DNA from: a virus
Virus record (IMG/VR): IMGVR_UViG_3300037313_000197
Location: 1 to 64,000 of that record
Strand: one strand, 5' to 3'
Length of the DNA stretch: 64,000 nucleotides
Shown piece by piece: positions 21,401 through 30,244 of this stretch. How positions within the stretch are numbered: position 1 is the stretch's first letter; each line of letters starts with the position of its first letter. The position numbers and the translations under genes were made by a program. The notes beneath the pieces are model-generated. The model was not told the DNA's origin. It made no database searches and saw nothing but the letters and a program-made list of their open reading frames with translations.

Positions 21401-24380
21401 TCCAAGCGCTGATCTGCTGGTTAAGTAGTTCGTTGGCGTCGTCAAAGTTGAATGTTACCTTTGCTTCCCATTCCTGATCGGTGAACGTCTTGTTCATCAA
21501 CTGTAGGGCGGTACGCATTGTGTCCTTTGCCTGCTCAGAGGTTGCACCATGCAACTTAGCATCTGCACCAGCCTGTAGAGCGGCAGCCCACTTTTCACCG
21601 TCGCTCCTACCCTGCATTTCAGAGTATCCCGCTGCGGCCGCTGGGTTGGATGACTTGACCTTTTCTGCAAGTACCTCGGTAGCGCGTGCGCCATCCTTAA
21701 TAGTGTTAGGGTCTAGACCGGCAGCATCAGTATATGAATATCCGAAGATATCAGCAGAGTTCTTAGCAAAGTTAACGAAGTCTTCTGTCTTCTGGCGAGA
21801 CTTATCAATCTCATCATTCCACTTCTGAATCAGAATAAATGCTGCAACTCCAATGGCAGCAATAATTGGACCGGCTACCTTTAGGTATCCGATCATTGAC
21901 ATTGCCGTATTCTTAATTCCATTGAATGCGCCCTTACCAATGGCTCCAAGAGTCTTGCCACCAACCTGTAGGCTGGCAATACCCTTACCAACCTTAGCCA
22001 GTGCACCCGGCGCGACCATACCAAGAGTAGCAATTGCGTTGGTAAGATTTAGGATGAAACCGCCAATCCCATCCTTTGGACCGACCATCGACCCAACGAT
22101 ACCTACGCCTAGAGATGCAGTCGAGACCAATCTAGTGATCTTAAGCATTCTTTCTTCGGCTGCTGTAGCGGCGGCTGCTGCTTCCTCGGCAGCGATCTTA
22201 TCCGCTTCTCTTTGTGCAGTGCGTTCCCTTAATGCGCGCTCAGTCTTGGCAATTGCCAGCGCCTCTTCCTTCTCCTTAGCAATAATGCTGTCGTAGGAGC
22301 GCTTTAGCATTTCGTTAGCGGCAATTGCTTCCTGAGTCTTTACCTTGCGTCCACTTGTAGGGTCATAGTATCGACCATTCTTGTCTTGATTGAAAATAGG
22401 CTGATATGCAGGAATGTTCTTTGAAGCAAAGATTTCGTCTGCACGTCGTCTGTCTGCCTTGTTGTTCTGCTTCTTGGTCGCTGTAACAGCGGTAAAGTCC
22501 TCTACAGAGCGAGCCTCAACGAGAGCAGCAGTCAACTGCTTAATTTCCAAGGTTAGGCGGGCAGCAGAAGCGGTCTCGGCATCCCATAGAGCAACAGACT
22601 GCTTTGAAATAAGTTGCTGTAGTTTTTCCTCTTCGCTTAGTTGCTTCCAGCGGGTAGCAAGAAGGCCCAACCGAGAAGCGAACTTTAGACCTGTACCCAA
22701 CAGGTTAGCGAACAAACCTGTAAGCATGACGATAGGTCCAGCGATGCCTAGGGCAATTGCAAATCCGGCAGCGAACTGCTTAATAATTGGGTTAAGATCG
22801 TTGAATCCCTTGATCAACTTTGTAACCCAATCTAGGATACCTGCGGCTGGTCCTAGGAATGCTTCACCCATTGTGCCTAGTTCAATCTTGATAGACTGAA
22901 TAGCCATGTCCAACTTACGGAATGGACGCTCGCTCTGTCGGTCCAACTCCTGCTGGGCAATAGCAGCGTTTTCAATGTTCGTGTTATTTGCAACGTCAAG
23001 TGCCTGCTGCCACTGCTCGGTCTTCTGAGTCATCTGGTCAATAAGCATCAAAGCCTTAGAACCCTGATAGATGCCGAATACGTCACGGGTAACAGCAACC
23101 TTGTCTGCTGCTGAAAGATTCTTGATTGCGTCAGCAAACTTCATCAAGGTAGGAATGGTCTTACCATTCGTTTCGTCAATGATGGCGCGCAAATCCTTGC
23201 CGGTCTTGGCGTTGAAGGTTTCTAGGCCCTTACCATAGGTTGCTACAAGACGGAAGTTAATTGTCTTTAGGGCGTTAGCGCCTTCTGCTGCATCGATACC
23301 GGCAGCCTTAAATGCGGTAAGAAGTGACCCGGTGTCCTTTAGGGTTCCACCAAGTTCGTTCATAACACCAGAAACCTTTGGAATTGCTGTCACAAAGTCC
23401 TGAGCGCTTAGAACGGTCTGGTTCTCCATTGCGTTAATGTAGTTCCAGTTATTTGCTAGGTCTACCTGCTTAGCCTGATAGACTTCCTGCATGGAGATGG
23501 TAGCCTTAACTGCGTCCTGCCAGTCAAGTTCACCAAGAATGGCAGCACGAGTTGTAGCCATCGTGGCCTGCTGCAACTCCATACCGGACTTACCAGATGC
23601 AGCCAGATCGGCCATGATGCCTAGAGTTGTCTCTGCACTTTGTCCATAAATACGAGCAGCGGCCTGCGCTGTTTGGATAGCGGTAGAACGAATGTCGTCC
23701 GCGTTAGCATTGATAGACTCAGAAGCATCACCATAAACCTTGACAACCTGAGTAACCTGCTTGTCAAGGTCATAAGCCATCTTGCCCATAGCGGCAGCGG
23801 CAATACCTAGGGGTACAGTGAAACCGACCATCAACTGACGACCGGCCCACTGTGTATTCTTACCCCAATTGACCATGTTCTCAGATGCGACATTCGTAAT
23901 CTGAGAGAATAGGCCCATCTTGGCCCTTGCTGTTTCTAGGTCTGTAGATAGAGTCTTGGGGATAAACATATCCACCGAAAACTTACCAGTCTTGGTACTT
24001 TGAGTCCATCCTAGACCCATAGCCTTCTGTAGCGCAATCTGTTCCTGTAGAACCGTATTGAACATCTTACGGTTCTTGTACATATCGCCAAAGGTGGCCT
24101 TACCTTCACGAATCTTCTTCTGCCAAGCATCTTCGGCACTTAGCACCTGACCTTGACGTAGACGGTATTGTTCTAGAGTAGCGATATTACCCTGCATGGC
24201 TTCGCGAACCTTGTTGAGACTCGCCATCTGGTCTTGGTACTTGTTAGTCTTACCAAGTTGGTTAGAGTGATCAATGATGCTCTTCTGCAAGCCATCCAGA
24301 GATGCTTTAAATGCACGGACCTCAGCGGTAGCGCCCTTAAAGTTGGCGTTACCGTTGATCCTAATATCAATTTGCTCTAT
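18405..24380 (-). CDS. tape measure protein with C-terminal M23 peptidase
   Basis: About 1990 aa, helical TMP repeats; HNGLDIA...YGH...STGSHLHF M23 motifs. Start probably ATA at 24380 (first standard start is TTG at 24290). Confidence 0.92.
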   Translation of the reverse strand: MEQIDIRINGNANFKGATAEVRAFKASLDGLQKSIIDHSNQLGKTNKYQDQMASLNKVREAMQGNIATLEQYRLRQGQVLSAEDAWQKKIREGKATFGDMYKNRKMFNTVLQEQIALQKAMGLGWTQSTKTGKFSVDMFIPKTLSTDLETARAKMGLFSQITNVASENMVNWGKNTQWAGRQLMVGFTVPLGIAAAAMGKMAYDLDKQVTQVVKVYGDASESINANADDIRSTAIQTAQAAARIYGQSAETTLGIMADLAASGKSGMELQQATMATTRAAILGELDWQDAVKATISMQEVYQAKQVDLANNWNYINAMENQTVLSAQDFVTAIPKVSGVMNELGGTLKDTGSLLTAFKAAGIDAAEGANALKTINFRLVATYGKGLETFNAKTGKDLRAIIDETNGKTIPTLMKFADAIKNLSAADKVAVTRDVFGIYQGSKALMLIDQMTQKTEQWQQALDVANNTNIENAAIAQQELDRQSERPFRKLDMAIQSIKIELGTMGEAFLGPAAGILDWVTKLIKGFNDLNPIIKQFAAGFAIALGIAGPIVMLTGLFANLLGTGLKFASRLGLLATRWKQLSEEEKLQQLISKQSVALWDAETASAARLTLEIKQLTAALVEARSVEDFTAVTATKKQNNKADRRRADEIFASKNIPAYQPIFNQDKNGRYYDPTSGRKVKTQEAIAANEMLKRSYDSIIAKEKEEALAIAKTERALRERTAQREADKIAAEEAAAAATAAEERMLKITRLVSTASLGVGIVGSMVGPKDGIGGFILNLTNAIATLGMVAPGALAKVGKGIASLQVGGKTLGAIGKGAFNGIKNTAMSMIGYLKVAGPIIAAIGVAAFILIQKWNDEIDKSRQKTEDFVNFAKNSADIFGYSYTDAAGLDPNTIKDGARATEVLAEKVKSSNPAAAAGYSEMQGRSDGEKWAAALQAGADAKLHGATSEQAKDTMRTALQLMNKTFTDQEWEAKVTFNFDDANELLNQQISAWRTQLDGAFKDKPVNWWEGVWNGGQLSQDAGVVVQKIGKDFWTQLTTLPKSDRKKVLMDFANEQDKFINDAYKAYQKRSPDAAKYLGINNAHDFSKALNQNTFSATTLGMSDDDYKALRARNDGLIQLAQNIASAANVSKEARGKIHTLWDLFQQPIVATYLGQTTTAAEKALGPTDLYDEKINEVLQSGQKLTAAKIAQIQTDLRVADGTYKLGSAVQYFGDVTRGAGIDADTFNAKLSELGFNATVTLDSISNSWKNVYSGAQDRMFEEAGRQYDEYQQAQMDALQKKGQDALDELDKKGEAADKKREKASKALDDRLDKDKKAFDKAWDDRKKREAAVYDARIQKIEDAIKAEQDAEKVRQKIFEAEQTRIQRLAQMYSTNIDINMAINSGAMDEAAKLSANADAQIAQWATSDAADASASASDKRIEDLNKQKDTVSKAKDAHMEALQAIEDAEKEAFQKRQDRQKQELKDAQDLAKKKEDAEKKRIQNENAANEKQLRDDQARDKRNLEGQLAIMRAFLPKNKQQLLDQASALYKVYDGFGIKLEGNGKKWATTVSGALGTEVAKEGNALKTTVNWANIGQEIAGAMIKGAFGMDPKTFAAWLNGGKAPDNTIFGKQTPKAKYRTQLNDPESRHSGGVIGAGGGARTGYSGTQKPGEKWVNALVGEGMVNRRGMSFLGKSGLDYINSGGGKGGGGVMGLGAGVPGTVVGTMGRVLIQSAINSAYNKRLGNDMKGQIGSKLAYKPDAANAFSDIFNAGASVAYKSGKVVYLGHGAYPGGGNFAENVRPAAGVTTSLFGPRNLLGMSFHNGLDIANATGTPIKAAQGGRVIYTGWDNTGYGNYTEIQSADGTMYGYGHQSQIGVRAGQKVNTGQLIGRMGSTGKSTGSHLHFQIGRNGVWFDPRTVMPQLNTGGLMMSDGIAKLHKEEAVLTKPLTRDLKEGVQNLADGGTVQYNVTLDFNGASFNRGIDFQHEVETVLRNMERKSGGTRTIGGKR

Positions 24381-24392
24381 TTTATCTCAGTC

Positions 24393-24746
24393 CTATTCCG
24401 TTTCAAATCCTAGTCCGGTACCGAGGAATTCTGCTTCCGCTTCATTCATACCGTTTAGCACGGCTTCTGCCTTTCTCTGGACTGCTTCGAATCTTTCCTT
24501 CGCTGATTGTTCATCTGCATCATCAAGGTTAATTCCCTTCAACGCCGCCGCGAACTTCTGTCTCGTTCTCTCTGCGTCTCTTGCTGCTGAAACAATCGCT
24601 GTGAGTTCTGGAAGAGATAGATTCTCTTCCAGTTCCTCAAAGTTTTTCCACTGTCCTATGAGAAAGGCTTCCGCCTCTAGTTCTGCTAATTTTAGTTCTG
24701 ACCAGCCAACTCCGTCGCCGTCGTCGCTAGTTCCATCAGTTTTGGG
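24393..24746 (-). CDS. tail assembly chaperone, -1 frameshift extension
   Basis: ORF in the -1 frame overlapping the end of the chaperone gene; slippery heptamer C CCA AAA at 24740-24746. Confidence 0.75.
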   Translation of the reverse strand, partial: PKTDGTSDDGDGVGWSELKLAELEAEAFLIGQWKNFEELEENLSLPELTAIVSAARDAERTRQKFAAALKGINLDDADEQSAKERFEAVQRKAEAVLNGMNEAEAEFLGTGLGFETE

Positions 24747-25039
24747 TCTGCTAGATTCACACCCGTGCAAACTTCGATGATCTTGTAGGCCGTTGGAAGG
24801 TCTAGAACGTCCTCATAATCCTTGATCTTGGAAGCGCCCTTATTCTTCTCTAGACAAATCTTGGTTAGATCAACAATCTGATCCATACCGTCTACCTCGC
24901 TACCATCCTCAGGCGTCTCGCCAAGAGTTTCCAACTTCTTCATAAACGTACGCATCTGCTTAATTGGTAGAGGTCGAAGTTCCAAAGTAGTTCCGTCCTG
25001 TAGTTCAACGGATACTACGTCATATACTGCTGTTGCCAT
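24692..25039 (-). CDS. tail assembly chaperone
   Basis: Lies between the major tail and tape measure genes; LELRPL motif. Confidence 0.8.
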   Translation of the reverse strand: MATAVYDVVSVELQDGTTLELRPLPIKQMRTFMKKLETLGETPEDGSEVDGMDQIVDLTKICLEKNKGASKIKDYEDVLDLPTAYKIIEVCTGVNLADPKLMELATTATELAGQN

Positions 25040-25110
25040 TTTTCTCCTATTCGGGTTTAATGACTAAAGTATATCAGGATACATTGGTTTCTGACAAATT
25101 ATTGGGTACA

Positions 25111-25141
25111 AGAAAGGGCCGGTGCAATACCGGCCCTTTCT
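25111..25141 (-). terminator. intrinsic terminator after the major tail gene
   Basis: 13-bp inverted repeat agaaagggccggt/accggccctttct. Confidence 0.8.
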
Positions 25142-25156
25142 ATAGTGAAGTTATTA

Positions 25157-25825
25157 TCAGGCTTCAACCTGACGGTCACGGACGATACCGTATTCCTTAC
25201 CGGTGTAGTAAGGGTCTGGTAGTAGACGTAGTGACACTGGAATCGTAGTTGCGTCAGCCTTTGATAGACTGTGTGCAGAAGATTCTACGTTTAGCGCACG
25301 ACGAACGTGGTATAGACGCTCCTGCTTCTTGTTAGTAGCGCTACGTGGAGCAGGACCAACAAAAACAAGAGAGCGCTCGACTGGCTCGTCTAGAAGTGCA
25401 CCAGATGCGATGCCCAATTCCTGACCGCCAGTAGCGTCGGGAGCGGGAGCAGCCGCAAGTGATGAACTGTTCTGACCCCAAGCAATCATCAAGTTCTGTA
25501 GAGTTGCCTCTGCAAGAGTAGTGTTAACTGTTGCAGTCATACCCTGCTTGAATACCTTAGCGGCGTCTAGCAACTGGTCTACGCTAACGTCACCGAAGTC
25601 AGGCTCGTAAGAGAACTCAACTCCATCCGTGGTGAATCCTAGGTGACGCCAGTTAGTTGTGTCAGCCTCTAGAACTGGTCCCGCAGGTGCGTTAGCAGCA
25701 AGTCCAGATGGCAGTGCAACAGCGACGTTACCGTTCGCACCATAGAATGTTGAATCGGTTGAATCCTTTACTGATACGTAGATTGCCGCAGCACCTACGA
25801 TAATGTTTCGTACTGAATAAGCCAT
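25157..25825 (-). CDS. major tail protein
   Basis: NIIVGAA, LGFTTDGVEFSYEPDF..V.VDQL and AEATL.NL motifs typical of siphovirus tail tube proteins. Confidence 0.88.
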   Translation of the reverse strand: MAYSVRNIIVGAAAIYVSVKDSTDSTFYGANGNVAVALPSGLAANAPAGPVLEADTTNWRHLGFTTDGVEFSYEPDFGDVSVDQLLDAAKVFKQGMTATVNTTLAEATLQNLMIAWGQNSSSLAAAPAPDATGGQELGIASGALLDEPVERSLVFVGPAPRSATNKKQERLYHVRRALNVESSAHSLSKADATTIPVSLRLLPDPYYTGKEYGIVRDRQVEA

Positions 25826-25923
25826 TCCTTATTTTCACTCCTTTCGTGATTTGTTTTTGCTGGCTAGGCATGAATACTTCCTCAATATGTATATTACAGT
25901 AGTACCTTTAGAAAGCAAAATGC

Positions 25924-26451
25924 TTAGCCGGTAATTCTTCTATTCGACTCTTCGTCAAATTCTTGCTGGGTATAGTTCATGTTAATTGTCATATACCCGT
26001 CACGCCTACCGCCCTCTTCTGTGGCAGGCTGCGGACCTTGGACCATCGATACCCACAGGGTTTTGTAGTCAAAGGTCTTGAACTTATCGGCTAGGTTATT
26101 CTGCACATATTCGTTTAGATCATATGCAGAGTCGTCACGTCGATTAAACTTTGTCTGAAACATGTTTAGAACCTGTCTAATATCATCAGCATTTGATGAA
26201 TAAACGGTAAATGCTCCCATTTCATTCTCGATGAACCATGCATTGCTTGTTGCTCCACGAGAGAATGAATAAACAATGTATGGCTTGTCGATAGCATTGA
26301 AAATCTTGTCCTGCTCAGGAGTGATGATAGGAACGTACTTTGTTCCATTCGTGTCTGCGTAGTCGTCCAGAGTCCAACCCAATTCATCCTGTAGCAAGCG
26401 CCACATGTAACTTCTTAGGCCATGAACTGCTGATAGTTTATAGTCTCTCAT
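25924..26451 (-). CDS. tail terminator protein
   Basis: Position upstream of the major tail gene; PYIVYSF motif. Confidence 0.65.
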   Translation of the reverse strand: MRDYKLSAVHGLRSYMWRLLQDELGWTLDDYADTNGTKYVPIITPEQDKIFNAIDKPYIVYSFSRGATSNAWFIENEMGAFTVYSSNADDIRQVLNMFQTKFNRRDDSAYDLNEYVQNNLADKFKTFDYKTLWVSMVQGPQPATEEGGRRDGYMTINMNYTQQEFDEESNRRITG

Positions 26452-27332
26452 GATGGATAGTTAACGTCCCCTCCAAATCTTCCATTCTTGTCAATGTATC
26501 TTGCCGCCTGCTTGTAGTTCTTTGCTCTACCTAGGATATAGGCTTCTGCATAGTTTCTACCGGCCTCAAATGCTGCATCGTTTGAACCAACTGTAGAGAT
26601 GGAGAAAGTCTTTCTGCGCTTCTTTGCCTTTCCTAGTTCCTTCTCTGCACGGCCAATGTCCTTCTCGATGACTGTCCTGATGTGGGAGTCCCATGTCGAT
26701 GCTGCTCCACCACCGGTCCACCATGCAGTCCAAAAGCCGGTAAAGCGTCCAGCGTTGTTGTTTGGCATCTGATTAAAACTACTCTTTGAGAAGTAGTATC
26801 CCTTTTCAGCGCTGAACGATGGAATGAACAATGCCTTTGCATACTTGGCTGTAATGTTCACACGAAGACCATACTCCATTACCGGGGCCTTCCATGTGAA
26901 GAAGTAGTCTCTACTGCTCAATCTCGCAATATCCTCATCTGATACATTGTTGATCGGATCGTTAGGGTTGTTACGAGCCTTTCTTTCTTCCGGTGTAAGA
27001 ATAGGAGCCTTAGATGGTTCCCATTGCCAAGAAGCCTGACGATTTACACCGCGCCCTGTTAGAGTGTGGTGCCATAGTCGTCCCTGAGGAATACCTGTCA
27101 TTCGCCACTCATATACGTGCGCAAAAGCATTCTGATTTGACAAGGCCACCTGATCGATTTCCCTGTCAAAGTCCTGAGCCATTCTGTCGTGCGCCAACTC
27201 GATTACCGAAGAAATGAATCTATTGGTAGAAACGGTAGTAGAAAGACCTTGGACAAAACCGAGAGCCTTATATCCTTCTGTAAGGTCTGCTTCAATGTTA
27301 AGGGCTGGTCTCTTAGGTGCCTTACGAGCCAT
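26448..27332 (-). CDS. neck / tail completion protein
   Basis: Position in the head-tail module; HVYEW motif. Confidence 0.55.
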   Translation of the reverse strand: MARKAPKRPALNIEADLTEGYKALGFVQGLSTTVSTNRFISSVIELAHDRMAQDFDREIDQVALSNQNAFAHVYEWRMTGIPQGRLWHHTLTGRGVNRQASWQWEPSKAPILTPEERKARNNPNDPINNVSDEDIARLSSRDYFFTWKAPVMEYGLRVNITAKYAKALFIPSFSAEKGYYFSKSSFNQMPNNNAGRFTGFWTAWWTGGGAASTWDSHIRTVIEKDIGRAEKELGKAKKRRKTFSISTVGSNDAAFEAGRNYAEAYILGRAKNYKQAARYIDKNGRFGGDVNYPS

Positions 27333-27834
27333 TCTGCACCCCTGTGCGCTTTAGATATGCTAGGTTCTCTACATGCGTACCGAACGGGTCGATGATTGGG
27401 GCTACACCGACAACATCGAAAACAGTGCCCTTGAACGTTGCAGGGTTACCGTTGGAGATTTCCTCTGCCCACAGCAGAACACCGTCCTGATTACGGATTT
27501 CAGTAATTCTGTCAGAATCGGTCAATACTTCGCTCGATGGGAACTTCATGTGAATGAACTCCATGACCTCGTGGATACCGTCCTTGGTGAAGTGCTCCAT
27601 AGAGCCTCCTCCGGTCACACCATTTGTCACTACAGGTCTGACCATGCATCTAATTAAACGGCTCTGCTCACCGGCCTCTACAGCATCCTGATCGGCAACC
27701 CAGACCTGCTTAATCTCTCCGGTATCATCGTCCTGAATATTGACGTAGTGTCCGGTGGCATCTTGGATGGTTGACAAAGGAGATAGCACCTTGGCTGTCA
27801 TGTTGAACTTAGCGTCTACTAGGCAAACAAACAT
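27322..27834 (-). CDS. head closure / stopper protein
   Basis: Position after the adaptor gene. Confidence 0.55.
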   Translation of the reverse strand: MFVCLVDAKFNMTAKVLSPLSTIQDATGHYVNIQDDDTGEIKQVWVADQDAVEAGEQSRLIRCMVRPVVTNGVTGGGSMEHFTKDGIHEVMEFIHMKFPSSEVLTDSDRITEIRNQDGVLLWAEEISNGNPATFKGTVFDVVGVAPIIDPFGTHVENLAYLKRTGVQNGS

Positions 27835-28673
27835 CAGATAATTGCAATGGTGCCGACAGCGTATGGTTCTAGCAATCTGTCAACCGTAACGCTTCCCGTA
27901 CCGGCGAAAGCCTGTGGGTCAAACTGGAAGCGCCAGTCGGAAGCACTGATTGCGATTAGATACCTGTCTCTCCATGCAGCCTCCTTGCACGAGAATTCTT
28001 CTGCAAGCAATAGGGCAGCCTGCTTAACATCATTTGGAACGCTAAGCCATCCGAACTCTCCGCTAATGACATATGGCATGTTTCTTCCGAAAATGTCCGT
28101 GCGGCGTCCAAATCGTGCGTCACGAATAGGGCCAGCAATGGAAATGGTATCTCCATTCCATGTCCACCCGGCTCGGGTAACACCAAAGCCGTTATTAATG
28201 ATACGCAAGTCTCCATAACCGTCTAGAGGGTCAACTGAGATAACGCGCTCACCTACGCGTAGGGCAGGCTTGTCACTTCCATAGATGGTCTTAGTTCCCT
28301 TACGGTAACCGAATCGCTGACCTACCGCGCCCTCAATGATCTTTCGAACAATAGACTCTAGTTCTACAATCTTTGCGTCGGTAAGCGTTTCAAAGGAGGC
28401 ATTGAATGCTCTCAACTCTGCTGCTGAGAATAGAGGCGTAACAACATCGTGCTCTTCTTCTCTGGTGTATGTGGTAGCACCAACTGAATAGGTCCACTTC
28501 ACACGAAAAGGTCCATCAGAATATGTCACTGCATACGGAACTAGGGCCGGTGTGGCTGAGCCAGTTGAACCCAGCACAACACCGTCCCTCGTAAATTCAA
28601 CTTCCGTCACCGCAGCGCCGGTAATGTTGAGTGAAACTTCTGCGTCTGTCGCGTCTCTATAGATTTCAGACAT
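27834..28673 (-). CDS. head-tail adaptor
   Basis: GEFGW.SVPNDVKQAALLL and VDRLL.PY motifs. Confidence 0.7.
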   Translation of the reverse strand: MSEIYRDATDAEVSLNITGAAVTEVEFTRDGVVLGSTGSATPALVPYAVTYSDGPFRVKWTYSVGATTYTREEEHDVVTPLFSAAELRAFNASFETLTDAKIVELESIVRKIIEGAVGQRFGYRKGTKTIYGSDKPALRVGERVISVDPLDGYGDLRIINNGFGVTRAGWTWNGDTISIAGPIRDARFGRRTDIFGRNMPYVISGEFGWLSVPNDVKQAALLLAEEFSCKEAAWRDRYLIAISASDWRFQFDPQAFAGTGSVTVDRLLEPYAVGTIAII

Positions 28674-28702
28674 AAGTTAATTATATCAGACCGATTGCTC
28701 GA

Positions 28703-29131
28703 TCATGAATAGAATTCCTCCGCTTCCGATGGAAGTGCTACGCGGAATCCCTCATAGTTAGCAATGATGTATTCTGCATCGCTCTGGGCAACTGCATTGA
28801 ATGGGTGATCCTTGGAGAACTTGTAGCCTCGTACCTCAAAGAGCGGGTTGCTACGCAACATACGAAGAAGCACCTTGGGCTCTTCGCGTACCGGCGACTT
28901 CTCTTCTGTCTTCTCATTGGTTGCTACCGGCTTCTCAACCTCTGGCAAATCCTCAATGTCAGGGAAAGCCTGCTTGTACATTTCCCACGTAATACCACTG
29001 TTGGTAATGGCCTTGATTAGAGGCTGACGCTTTAGTTCGCCCTTGTCGGTCTTCTCAACATCGTCAATGTCTACACCGAAGTGGTCAGCGACCTGTGTCA
29101 ATACGTCCGTGTTCAACTTAATAAAACTCAT
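28703..29131 (-). CDS. hypothetical head-associated protein
   Basis: Directly downstream of the capsid gene. Confidence 0.55.
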   Translation of the reverse strand: MSFIKLNTDVLTQVADHFGVDIDDVEKTDKGELKRQPLIKAITNSGITWEMYKQAFPDIEDLPEVEKPVATNEKTEEKSPVREEPKVLLRMLRSNPLFEVRGYKFSKDHPFNAVAQSDAEYIIANYEGFRVALPSEAEEFYS

Positions 29132-29187
29132 GATAATCCTTTCTAGGTTGATTCGATTATACAGTCAGTGTCGATATATAGCAAAGA

Positions 29188-29207
29188 ACCGGCCCCGAAG
29201 GGCCGGT
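29188..29207 (-). terminator. terminator after the major capsid gene
   Basis: accggccc-ttcg-gggccggt hairpin (UUCG loop on the minus strand). Confidence 0.75.
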
Positions 29208-29227
29208 CCTAATGCTTTGGTTAACTA

Positions 29228-30214
29228 TCAGACAGTTGCTGCCTTGACGTTCTTAACAACGACGAATGCGTCACCGTTCTCAATCGCGGTTCCTACACGA
29301 GTGTATAGGGTGTACTCGATTGCGTCCTTCTTTGGCTTGAACTCACGGTAAACCACAATCTCACGCTTGATTGCCCAAATTAGGTTCTTTGGGAATGTTA
29401 GCCAAACGTCCGAGTGGTCGCCGGTTGCGCCAGAGTAGTCACCTACCTTGGCCTCGTCAAATAGTGGAACAACCTGAGTATCGATACCGAAGATACGACC
29501 CATGCTGTCGAAGTTAGAGAAGTTCGCTGCTGCTGTTGCATCAGGAACGATAAAGTCGTTAGACTTCATCTGTAGTCCGTAGACGTAGTCCTGAATTGCG
29601 TTAGCACCAAGGAAGAACTTCAAGTCTCCACGACGCTGTAGGTACTTCTGAGGCATCGTCTTTAGTGCGCGGTGGAAAATCTCACGATCAATTACCGCAC
29701 CACCAGCGTCGATTACTCGACCCTGTAGACGTGCATAACGGTCCCAACCGTCGTTACCTCCTAGGAATGGGTCGTCGTTCTTGGTAGAATCGCCGTTAAT
29801 ACCCATATCCTCTAGGTCAGTACCAACCTGCGTAGCAAACATGCGCGCAATGTGGTCTTCTAGCGCTGCACCCTCCTTACCATCTTCTAGGCTTTCCGAA
29901 GAAAGTTCCCAATCTAGACGGTACTTCGTGGTCGTTAGCGAAATCTTGCCGAATGCGACGCCGACGTTACGTCCATCGTCAACAGCCTGAGTTGCACGAC
30001 GTAGAAGACGGGTACCAACACCAATCTTGTCTAGTTCTGCGCTGTCCGAACGTAGTCTTTCAACGCGAACCTGACCACCTAGCGTAGTTTCGTCCATCGT
30101 GTAATCGATGAAACGCTCCGCAAGTTCAGGAGCAAGCAGGCCGGAACGGTGTCCGTCTGGGGCTGCACCCAAAGTGGTAGTCGTAATTACCTTTTCAAGT
30201 AGTTCTGTGCTCAT
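29228..30214 (-). CDS. major capsid protein (HK97 fold)
   Basis: GLLAPE...FID, ESLED, LED..INGD motifs; follows the protease/scaffold gene. Confidence 0.9.
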   Translation of the reverse strand: MSTELLEKVITTTTLGAAPDGHRSGLLAPELAERFIDYTMDETTLGGQVRVERLRSDSAELDKIGVGTRLLRRATQAVDDGRNVGVAFGKISLTTTKYRLDWELSSESLEDGKEGAALEDHIARMFATQVGTDLEDMGINGDSTKNDDPFLGGNDGWDRYARLQGRVIDAGGAVIDREIFHRALKTMPQKYLQRRGDLKFFLGANAIQDYVYGLQMKSNDFIVPDATAAANFSNFDSMGRIFGIDTQVVPLFDEAKVGDYSGATGDHSDVWLTFPKNLIWAIKREIVVYREFKPKKDAIEYTLYTRVGTAIENGDAFVVVKNVKAATV

Positions 30215-30244
30215 TGTTATCCTTTCACCTTCTCTCTCTTAAAA

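Noticed and set aside
7799-24780. Numerous plus-strand and alternative-frame ORFs within the tail genes
   Set aside because: They are antisense or out-of-frame shadows of long, motif-supported genes and have no independent signals.
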